32,000 nucleotides of DNA from Methylorubrum extorquens (GTDB lineage Bacteria; Pseudomonadota; Alphaproteobacteria; Rhizobiales; Beijerinckiaceae): contig LT962688.1 in assembly GCA_900234795.1 (NCBI GenBank), positions 4,560,001 to 4,592,000 of the forward strand, written 5' to 3'. The position numbers and the translations under genes are program-made. Under the pieces are notes generated by a model. That model was not told the DNA's origin, ran no database searches, and saw only the letters and a program-made list of their open reading frames with translations. Positions 9,822 to 17,189 of the stretch are shown here, piece after piece; the first letter of the stretch is position 1, and each line of letters starts with the position of its first letter.

Positions 9822-11111
9822 ATGCCGCGTTGGCGATGGTTGATGGCGCAGGTCGTGCGGCGCCTCTGGGTGCGCGCCACGCTGATCGGCTCCGCGGGGG
9901 TGCTGGCGGCGCTGCTGGCGGCGGTGGCCGAGCGCTACCTGCCCTGGACGGTGCCGGGCGCGATCAGCACCGATGCGCTCGACAGCATCCTCACCGTTAT
10001 CGCCTCCAGCATGCTGTCCGTCACCACCTTCTCGCTCAACGTCATGGTGTCGTCCTACGGCTCGGCCACGAGCAACGTCACGCCCCGCGCGACCAAGCTC
10101 CTCATCGAGGACCGGGTGACCCAGACCGTCCTCTCGACCTTTCTGGGGTCCTTCCTCTTCGGCATCGTCGGCCTCGTCGTCTCGAAGACCGGGGCCTACG
10201 GCGAGAGCGGGCGCACCATCCTCTTCGTCGTCACGATCGCGGTCATCGTTCTGATCGTCGTCGCGCTGCTGCGCTGGATCGATCATCTGACGCGCCTCGG
10301 CCGCGTGGGGGAGACGACCGACCGGGTCGAGACGGCGGCGCGTACCGCGATCGAAGCGCGGCTGCGCGACCCCTATCTCGGGGGCCGACCGCTGCGCGAT
10401 CCCGACCGTCGGATTCCGGCGGGCGCCGCGGCGGTGACGGTGGATGCGATCGGCTACATTCAGCACATCGACATGGCGGCCCTGTCCAAGATCGGCGAGG
10501 CGCACGACATCGAGATCTTCGTCGCGGCGACGCCCGGACGATTCGTCCACCCGGAGACGCCGGTGGCCTGGATCGGCCGGCCGAAGGCCGGGGAGGACCG
10601 GGACACGCTGCGCCGGACCGTCGGCGAGGCGTTCTTGGTCGGGAACGAGCGTGCCTTCGACCAGGACCCGCGTTTCGGCTTCGCGGTGATGAGCGAGATC
10701 GGTTCGCGCGCCCTGTCGCCCGCGACCAATGATCCCGGCACCGCGATCGACGTGATCGGCCGCTCGACCCGCCTCGTCAGCCTCTGGGTGCGCGGCAGGA
10801 CCGCTCCGGAGGAGGACGAGCCGAAACATCCGCGCATCCATGTCCCGCCGCTCGACACCGCGGACATGTTCGAGGACGCCTTCATGCTGATGGCCCGCGA
10901 CGGCGCGGGGCTGATCGAGGTGCAACTGCGCATCCAGAAGGCGCTGCTGGCCCTGAGCCGCATCGGCGGGGAGGCATCCCGGGCTGCCGCGCTGCATCAG
11001 TCGCGCATGGCCCTGGAACGCGCCGAGCTTGCGCTCACGCTCGAGGCCGACAAGATCCGGCTGCGCGCGGCGGCCGGCGCCGTCGAGGCCGCCGATGCGA
11101 GCCCGGCCTGA
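9822..11111 (+). CDS. DUF2254 family membrane protein
   Basis: 429-aa ORF. The N-terminal half has about four hydrophobic helices, including SSMLSVTTFSLNVMVSSYGSATSNVTPRATKLLIEDRVTQTVLSTFLGSFLFGIVGLV. I recognise this as the DUF2254 signature from memory. The C-terminal half is soluble. Confidence 0.65.
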   Translation: MPRWRWLMAQVVRRLWVRATLIGSAGVLAALLAAVAERYLPWTVPGAISTDALDSILTVIASSMLSVTTFSLNVMVSSYGSATSNVTPRATKLLIEDRVTQTVLSTFLGSFLFGIVGLVVSKTGAYGESGRTILFVVTIAVIVLIVVALLRWIDHLTRLGRVGETTDRVETAARTAIEARLRDPYLGGRPLRDPDRRIPAGAAAVTVDAIGYIQHIDMAALSKIGEAHDIEIFVAATPGRFVHPETPVAWIGRPKAGEDRDTLRRTVGEAFLVGNERAFDQDPRFGFAVMSEIGSRALSPATNDPGTAIDVIGRSTRLVSLWVRGRTAPEEDEPKHPRIHVPPLDTADMFEDAFMLMARDGAGLIEVQLRIQKALLALSRIGGEASRAAALHQSRMALERAELALTLEADKIRLRAAAGAVEAADASPA

Positions 11112-11231
11112 GGGCGGCGCTCACCCCGGTCTCGCGCCGTCGAGGCGTTTGCTGTTGAGGACGCCGCACCCCCGCGCGGCGCGGCGCGCGATCTGCCATA
11201 AGCTATCAGGCATGATCCACACGCTGCGACG

Positions 11232-11969
11232 TTGCCCGTGACCGACCGTCCCCCGATCCGCTTCCGCGGCCGCTCCTTCCTGGCGATGGTGCTGGCCCCC
11301 GTGCCGCCGATCGATCAGTGGCTCGCCGAACTCGACGCGCTCAAGCGGCGCGCGCCCGCCTTCTTCTCGGTGCGGGCGCTCATCCTCGACGTGACCGGCC
11401 TGCGCTTCGAGCGCTCGGACCTCGCCCATCTCTGCGAGGAATTGAACCAGCGCTCCATCACCATCCTCGGCATCGAGGGGATCGGGCCGACCTCGCTCGG
11501 ACCCGGCTTCCCGCCGCCGCTGGTGGGGGGCAAGCCGGTCGAGGACATCGCGCCCCCCGAGCCCGGCGCCGCCGGGGCACCCGCTGCGGCGGACCACCCG
11601 TCCGCACCGGCTTTGGTGGCGTCCGCGGCTCCGACCCGGACACGCTCCTTCGTGCTCGACGCGCCAGTGCGCTCGGGGCAGGTGATCCAGCATCTCGACG
11701 GCGACGTGACCGTGATGGGTTCGGTCGCCTCGGGGGCGGAGGTGATCGCGGGCGGCTCGATCCACATCTACGGCGCCCTGCGCGGCCGGGCGATCGCGGG
11801 GGCGGTGGGTGATCCGGGCGCCCGCATCCTCACTCGTAAGTTCGAGCCGGAACTCGTCGCCATCGACGGTCTTTACAAGACCGCCGACGATCTCGGCGGC
11901 GCCCGCTGGGGCCAGTCGGTCCAGGCGCGGCTTGAAGGCGACGCCATCGTCCTCGTGCCGCTCGACTGA
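11232..11969 (+). CDS. MinC paralogue (second, orphan copy; no minD or minE partner)
   Basis: 245-aa ORF with a TTG start (GTG at 11238 is an alternative). It is collinear with the operonic MinC. N-terminus: IRFRGRSFLAMVLAPVPPIDQWLAELDA versus LPLRGRVFRAVSLVPEAPLAEWLALLDA. C-terminus: VRSGQVIQHLDGDVTVMGSVASGAEVIAGGSIHIYGALRGRAIAG. Confidence 0.8.
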   Translation: MPVTDRPPIRFRGRSFLAMVLAPVPPIDQWLAELDALKRRAPAFFSVRALILDVTGLRFERSDLAHLCEELNQRSITILGIEGIGPTSLGPGFPPPLVGGKPVEDIAPPEPGAAGAPAAADHPSAPALVASAAPTRTRSFVLDAPVRSGQVIQHLDGDVTVMGSVASGAEVIAGGSIHIYGALRGRAIAGAVGDPGARILTRKFEPELVAIDGLYKTADDLGGARWGQSVQARLEGDAIVLVPLD

Positions 11970-12026
11970 GGCCCCGTTTTCGGCACGCGCCTCCCGGCTG
12001 CGGCCGTCCATCACGAAAGCGTGCGG

Positions 12027-12075
12027 GTGGCGGGCATCCGCCGCCACGACGGCCTAGGTGGCGGAAATCCGCCGC
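12027..12075 (+). promoter_or_regulatory. two tandem near-identical dyad-containing sites, candidate enhancer (UAS) for a sigma-54 activator
   Basis: GTGGCGGGCATCCGCCGC at 12027 and GTGGCGGAAATCCGCCGC at 12058. They are identical at 16 of 18 positions, start 31 bp apart, and each contains GGCGG-N4-CCGCC. They are centred roughly 100 and 130 bp upstream of the -24 element. Confidence 0.4.
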
Positions 12076-12160
12076 TCGTCGTTCCAACGTGATCCGGGAG
12101 AGCCCGATAAAGCCCTTTTCGAACAAAGGATTACACGAAGGTTAGCGCTTCCTGCATGGC

Positions 12161-12176
12161 TGGCATGCGCTCTGCA
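12161..12176 (+). promoter_or_regulatory. sigma-54 (RpoN) type -24/-12 promoter
   Basis: TGGCATGCGCTCTGCA: GG at 12162-12163, GC at 12174-12175, exact GG-N10-GC spacing, close to TGGCACG-N4-TTGCA. It lies 57 nt upstream of the binding-protein start codon. Confidence 0.55.
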
Positions 12177-12232
12177 AAGGGGACCGGACCATTCGCACCG
12201 GCCGCAGAGCCGGGCCATCCGGGAGAAGCCCC

Positions 12233-13213
12233 TTGCTCGAACGCCTCCGTCTCACGCGTCGCGGCCTTGCCATGCTCGCCGCCGCGACCGCCGCATCGCT
12301 CGCCCCGCTTCCGCTCTCCGCGCAGGAAGTGGTGCGCGTCGGCAACCTCAAGCTCGCCCACTTCGCCGGCGTCTCCTACGTCAAGGAGATCGCCAAGACC
12401 TGCGGCCTGACCGTCGATCTCAAGATCTTCGCCAAGGGGCCCGACATCATGCAGGCGATGCTCGCCGGCGAACTCGATGTCGGCGCCACCGCCTCGGAAG
12501 CCGCGATCTCGGCCCGCGGCAACGGCGCACAAGTCTTCATCGTCGGCGGCTTCGCCAAGGGCGGCGCCCGCCTGCTGGCGACGCCGGAATCCGGCATCAA
12601 GTCGGCGGCCGATCTCAAGGGGAAGAGGGTCGGCGTCACCCGCGGCTCGATCCAGGAGGTGCTGCTCGGCGCCGAGATGGCCAAGCACGGCCTCAAGGCC
12701 CGCGACGTCAACCTGATCTATCTCGGCTACCCGGATCTCAACCAGGCGCTGCTGCAGAAGCAGGTCGATGCGATCATGCAGACCGAGCCGCAATCGGCTC
12801 AGGCCATTGCCCGCGGCTTCGGCGTCGAGGTGATCAAGCCCTACGACACTCCGGTCGGCTCGCCGATCCGCACGCTGGTGATGACGGAGAAGTTCTACGG
12901 CGAGAAGAAGCCGGTCGCGGCCAAGTTCATGGAGTGCTTCGTGAAGGCGCAAAAGACCTTCATGGACGATCCGAAGGCCGCCGAGACCTTCGTCACGCAG
13001 GACGTGTTCAAGGGTCAGGTCACCGCGGCGGAGTTCCAAGAGGCGCTCGCCAACTCGCCCTACACCCTGGAAATGAGCGCCGACCACATCCAGAGGACCA
13101 CCGACGTCATGGCCGAGCACGGCATCGGCAAGATGTCGAAGCCCGCCAAGGCCGTCGACTGGGTGAAGCTCGACCTGCTGGAGGCCGCCAAGGCTTCCGC
13201 CGGCACGAACTGA
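12233..13213 (+). CDS. ABC transporter substrate-binding protein, NMT1/THI5-SsuA/TauA-like (NitT/TauT family)
   Basis: 326-aa ORF with a TTG start preceded by GGGAGAAG. Twin-arginine-like signal LTRRGLAMLAAATAASLAPLPLSAQ. The periplasmic binding-protein pattern (VRVGNLKLAHFAG..., KGKRVGVTRGS) is typical of this family. Confidence 0.8.
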   Translation: MLERLRLTRRGLAMLAAATAASLAPLPLSAQEVVRVGNLKLAHFAGVSYVKEIAKTCGLTVDLKIFAKGPDIMQAMLAGELDVGATASEAAISARGNGAQVFIVGGFAKGGARLLATPESGIKSAADLKGKRVGVTRGSIQEVLLGAEMAKHGLKARDVNLIYLGYPDLNQALLQKQVDAIMQTEPQSAQAIARGFGVEVIKPYDTPVGSPIRTLVMTEKFYGEKKPVAAKFMECFVKAQKTFMDDPKAAETFVTQDVFKGQVTAAEFQEALANSPYTLEMSADHIQRTTDVMAEHGIGKMSKPAKAVDWVKLDLLEAAKASAGTN

Positions 13214-13225
13214 GGAGGGCTTCCC

Positions 13226-14049
13226 GTGAACGCCTTACGTCTCAAACCCCCTGGCCGAGGGGATGGCGGTTCCCGTCGCCATCCTCGTGATCTGGCAGCT
13301 CGCCTGCACGGCCGGGCTCGTCAACCCGATGGTGCTGCCCTCGCCCGCCGCGGTGGCGGTGCGCTGGTGGGCCTATCTCGCGCCGCTCGAAGCCTATGAT
13401 CCCGAGCACGGGTCGTGGTTTGCGTGGCTCTTCTCCGGCGAGATGCTGCACGACGCGATGGCCTCGCTCTACCGCGTCGTCGTCGGCTTCGCCGTCGGTG
13501 CAGGGCTCGCCCTGCCGCTCGGCTTGTTCATGGGCTCCAGCGACCTGATCTACCGCCACATCAATCCGTTGATGCAGGTGCTGCGGCCGATCCCGCCGAT
13601 TGCCTACATTCCGCTCTCGATCCTGTGGTTCGGCCTCGGCAACGCGCCCGCCGTGTTCCTGATCGCCATCGGCGCCTTCTTCCCCGTACTGATGAACACC
13701 ATCGCGGGCGTGCGGCATGTGGACGGGATCTATATCCGCGCCGCCCGCAGCCTCGGCGCCAGCCGGATGACGATATTCCGGCGGGTCATCCTGCCGGCCG
13801 CCACCCCTTACATCCTGTCGGGGGGCGCGGATCGGCATCGGCACCGCCTTCATCGTGGTGATCGTGGCCGAGATGATCGCGGTCAATAACGGCCTCGGCT
13901 TCCGCATCCTGGAGGCGCGCGAATATTTCTGGTCCGACAAGATCATCGCCGGAATGCTGACCATCGGCGCGCTCGGCCTCGTCATCGACATGGCGGTGAG
14001 CCGCCTGAACAATCACCTGCTCCGCTGGCATCGCGGCCTGGAATCGTGA
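13226..14049 (+). pseudogene. ABC transporter permease (NitT/TauT family) interrupted by a +1 frameshift in a G6 run, with a possible second one in a C5 run near the 5' end
   Basis: Track ORFs 13263..13889 and 13855..14049 are two pieces of one permease. The first ends IYIRAARSLGASRMTIFRRVILPAATPYILSG, then becomes nonsense. Removing one G from GGGGGG (13820-13825) continues it as ARIGIGTAFIVVIVAEMIAVNNGLGFRILEAREYFWSDKIIAGMLTIGALGLVIDMAVSRLNNHLLRW. GAGGAGG (13212-13218) followed 7 nt later by GTG 13226 looks like the true initiation site, but it is out of frame with 13263. Confidence 0.8.
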
Positions 14050-14057
14050 GGTCTCCC

Positions 14058-14939
14058 ATGTCCGCGCAACTGCATCCCATCGAATCCGTCACCCAGGACG
14101 CCGTCCCGGTCGCGCCTCCGGTGACCTCCGCCGCCCCATCCCAGGCCTCGCCGCACATCGTGGTCTCGGGCGTGGACAAGATCTTCCCCGTCCCCGGCGG
14201 CGAGGTCGTCGCCCTTAAGGACATCGATTTCACCATCAACCGCGGTGAGTTCGTTTGCCTGCTCGGCCCGTCCGGCTGCGGGAAGTCGACGCTGCTCAAC
14301 GCCATCGCCGGTTTCTCGCACCCGACCCGCGGCGGCATCGACGTCGAGGGCCACACGGTCGCCGCACCCGGTCCCGACCGGGGCATGGTGTTCCAGGAAT
14401 ACGCTCTGTTCCCCTGGATGACGGTGGCGCAGAACATCGCCTTTGGTCTGGAGATCAAGGGCATGTCCCGCGGCGCGATCCAGGCGCGGGTGGCCGAGCT
14501 CCTCGACATGCTCAAGCTCGCCGAGTTCCGCGACCGCTTTCCCAAGGACCTGTCCGGCGGCATGCGCCAGCGCGTGGCGATCGCCCGCGTGCTGGCGCTG
14601 GACAGCCCGGTGATGCTCATGGACGAGCCGTTCGGCGCGCTCGACGCCCTGACCCGCCGCTCGCTTCAAGACGAGCTGCTGCGGATCTGGGCGGCGACGG
14701 GCAAGACAATCGTGTTCGTCACGCACTCGATCGAGGAATCGATCTATCTCGCCGACCGCATCGTCGTGCTGACCTACCGTCCCGGCACGATCAAGCGCGA
14801 CCTGCGGGTCGAGCTGCCGCGCCCGCGCGACAGCGCCTCGGCCGCCTTCAACGCCCTGAAGCGCGACCTCTCCGCCCTCGTCACCGCCGAGCAGCACCGG
14901 TTCGAGCAGGTGGAGTTGAAGGGGCTGACGACGGATTGA
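14058..14939 (+). CDS. ABC transporter ATP-binding protein (NitT/TauT family)
   Basis: Walker A GPSGCGKST, signature LSGGMRQRVAIAR, Walker B VMLMDEPFGALD, H-loop FVTHS. I chose ATG 14058 (GAGG upstream). The track ORF starts at GTG 14046, which overlaps the permease stop. Confidence 0.9.
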   Translation: MSAQLHPIESVTQDAVPVAPPVTSAAPSQASPHIVVSGVDKIFPVPGGEVVALKDIDFTINRGEFVCLLGPSGCGKSTLLNAIAGFSHPTRGGIDVEGHTVAAPGPDRGMVFQEYALFPWMTVAQNIAFGLEIKGMSRGAIQARVAELLDMLKLAEFRDRFPKDLSGGMRQRVAIARVLALDSPVMLMDEPFGALDALTRRSLQDELLRIWAATGKTIVFVTHSIEESIYLADRIVVLTYRPGTIKRDLRVELPRPRDSASAAFNALKRDLSALVTAEQHRFEQVELKGLTTD

Positions 14940-15029
14940 GGATCGCCGCCACGGCTTTCTTCGGCCCGCGGCGCTCCCGTGTTAGGTTCTCATATCGTTT
15001 CCGGATCATCACTTCGGAGATCGCGGATC

Positions 15030-15225
15030 CCCTCTCCCCGCCGCGCGGGGAGAGGGCTCGGCCGACCCTGTCGTCGGCTGAGCGAGCCGGCAGGCGAGGG
15101 TGAGGGGGCTTCGACGGATGAGCCCCTTCCGTACAAGCCCCCTCACCACCGCTCTGGCTCTCGCCTCCGCTTCCCGCAGGCACGGCAGGGTGCCTGCGGG
15201 CCTCTCCCCGCACAGCATGGAGAGG
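15030..15225. repeat. cluster of GC-rich stacked palindromes (REP/RIME-like intergenic element)
   Basis: Four strong hairpins within 200 bp. (1) CCCTCTCCCCGC/GCGGGGAGAGGG, 12 bp, at 15030-15041/15045-15056. (2) GGTGAGGGGGCTT/AAGCCCCCTCACC, 13 bp, at 15099-15111/15135-15147. (3) CCGCAGGCAC/GTGCCTGCGG, 10 bp, at 15174-15183/15190-15199. (4) CCTCTCC/GGAGAGG at 15201-15207/15219-15225. The CCTCTCCCCGC arm occurs twice as a direct repeat. Confidence 0.7.
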
Positions 15226-15314
15226 GGGGAGCTGCGGCGCCCGTCTGATCAACCGGACATCGCATCTGATCGCTCACCGGATACGATGGCGGTGACGAAA
15301 GCCTCCTCCGGACC

Positions 15315-17189
15315 ATGAGAGTGATGCCCATCCCCCGCGCCACCGCCGCGCGAGTCCTCCTCCTCGCCGCGCTGGCGGTCGCGGCCATCCTCGCCGTGCT
15401 CAAGGCGGGGGAGGTGACGGAGGCCCGCGTGGCCGAAAGCCTCGCGGGCGATGCCCGGCAGCGGGCGGAGATCTACGCCCAGAGCCTGGAGGGCGCCATC
15501 GAGCGGTTCGGCTTCCTGCCCGCCGCCGCCGCCCTCGATCCGCGGGTGCGGTCGTTGCTCGCCGCTCCCGACGATCCGGCGCAGGTCGCGACCGTCAACG
15601 CCTATCTCCAACGGCTGAGCCGCGAGGCGGGGGCGGGTGTCGTCTACCTGCTGATCCCGTCCGGCCTGACCATCGCCGCCTCGAACTGGGATACGCCCCA
15701 GACCTATGTCGGCCAGGACTTCTCCTATCGTCCCTACTTCACGGAAGCGCGCGGCGGGCGCACCGGACGCTTCTACGCCATCGGGACGCTGACCGGCGTG
15801 CCCGGCTACTTCATTAGCGCCCCCGTCGTCGTCGACGGCACGGTGCGCGGCGTGGTGGCGACCAAGGTCAGCCTCGACCCGCTGGAGACGATCTGGCGCG
15901 AAGGTACCGATCGCGTGCTGGTGGCCGACGAGAACGGCATCGTCTTTCTCGCCTCCGATCCGGCTCTCAAGTTCCGGGCGACGAAGGCGCTCGACGCCGC
16001 CGCCCGCGCCGGCATGGAGCGGACACGCCAGTATGGGCGCGACGATTATGCCCCGATCGATTTCGGCCGGACGGAGACCGTCGGCGGCGTGCCCCTGGTC
16101 AGCCGGTCGGAGGCCGCGCCGCAGACCCCCGCGCTGTTCGAGGAGGCGAGCTTGCCGGCCTATGGCTGGACGCTGCTCCTCTTCGCCGATGCCGCGCCGG
16201 TGGCCATCGCCGGGCGCAGCGCCCGGGTCGGCGCGATCCTGGCGCTGGTCGTGCTCGGCCTGATCGGCCTCTACGGGCGCCAGCACCTGCGGCGGGTGCG
16301 CGAGAACCGCGCGGCGCAGCGGGCGCTGGAGGCCGCGGTCGCGGCCCGGACCGCCGATCTCAGCGCGGCCAACCTCAAGCTCGCGGGTGAGATCGAGGAG
16401 CGGACCCGCGCCGAGGGCGACTTGCGCGAGACGCAAGGGGAGCTGGTCCAGGCGGCGAAGATGGCGACCCTCGGCCAGATGGCGGCGGGCATCACCCACG
16501 AACTCAACCAGCCGCTCGCCGCCATGCGGGGGTTGGCCGACAATGCCTCCGCCTTCCTGCGCCAGGGCCGGGAGGCGGAGGCTGCCGCCAACCTGACCCG
16601 GATCGTCTCCCTGGTGGACCGGCTCGGCAAGATCACCGGACAGTTGCGCAGCTTCTCCCGCCGCTCGGGGACGGAGCGGGTCGCGGTCGATGTCGGCGTG
16701 GCGGTCTCGGAGAGCCTCGCGATCCTCTCGTCCCGCATCCGCGACGCGGGGGCACGGGTGACGACCGATCTCGACCCGGCGGCGCGATGGGTGGTGTTCG
16801 AGCCGATCCGCCTGTCGCAGGTGCTGGTCAACCTCGTCGGCAATGCCCTCGATGCGGTAAAGGGGCGCCCTGGGGCGGAGGTCGCGGTGCGCGCCTGGGC
16901 CGGGGAGGGGCAGGTCGTGCTCAGCGTCGAGGATAACGGGCCGGGCCTCGACGCGGCGGCGCTGGCGCGCCTGTTCGAGCCGTTCTTCACCACCAAGCCG
17001 GCAGGGGAAGGGCTGGGCCTCGGCCTGCCGATCTCGCTCGCCATCGCCCGCGAATTCGGGGCGAACCTCCAGCCCCGGCCGATGCCCGGCGGCGGTCTCG
17101 CCTTCGACCTCGTGATGGAGGTGGCCAAGGACGCGCTCAAGCAGGACGCGGACACGCTCCCGCCGGAGAGGATGCGACATGTTTCCTGA
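15315..17189 (+). CDS. DctB-like sensor histidine kinase (periplasmic Cache/PAS sensor, HisKA, HATPase)
   Basis: 624-aa ORF. DctB-type periplasmic segment IAASNWDTPQTYVGQDFSYRPYFTEARGGRTGRFYAIGTLTGVPGYFISAPV. H-box ATLGQMAAGITHELNQPLAA. N, G1 and G2 boxes are present (LVGNALDA, DNGPGL, GEGLGLGL). Confidence 0.88.
   Translation: MRVMPIPRATAARVLLLAALAVAAILAVLKAGEVTEARVAESLAGDARQRAEIYAQSLEGAIERFGFLPAAAALDPRVRSLLAAPDDPAQVATVNAYLQRLSREAGAGVVYLLIPSGLTIAASNWDTPQTYVGQDFSYRPYFTEARGGRTGRFYAIGTLTGVPGYFISAPVVVDGTVRGVVATKVSLDPLETIWREGTDRVLVADENGIVFLASDPALKFRATKALDAAARAGMERTRQYGRDDYAPIDFGRTETVGGVPLVSRSEAAPQTPALFEEASLPAYGWTLLLFADAAPVAIAGRSARVGAILALVVLGLIGLYGRQHLRRVRENRAAQRALEAAVAARTADLSAANLKLAGEIEERTRAEGDLRETQGELVQAAKMATLGQMAAGITHELNQPLAAMRGLADNASAFLRQGREAEAAANLTRIVSLVDRLGKITGQLRSFSRRSGTERVAVDVGVAVSESLAILSSRIRDAGARVTTDLDPAARWVVFEPIRLSQVLVNLVGNALDAVKGRPGAEVAVRAWAGEGQVVLSVEDNGPGLDAAALARLFEPFFTTKPAGEGLGLGLPISLAIAREFGANLQPRPMPGGGLAFDLVMEVAKDALKQDADTLPPERMRHVS

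Noticed and set aside
12058-13290. 410-aa plus-strand and 329-aa minus-strand ORFs overlapping the binding-protein gene
   Set aside because: They are Arg-rich nonsense translations. The 12233-13213 frame gives a clean Tat-signal periplasmic binding protein.
14979-15318. Small ORFs (89, 72, 69 and 123 aa) in the 14940-15314 spacer
   Set aside because: They are generated by the arms of the GC-rich palindromes. Their translations mirror one another, and there is no SD sequence or protein-like composition.
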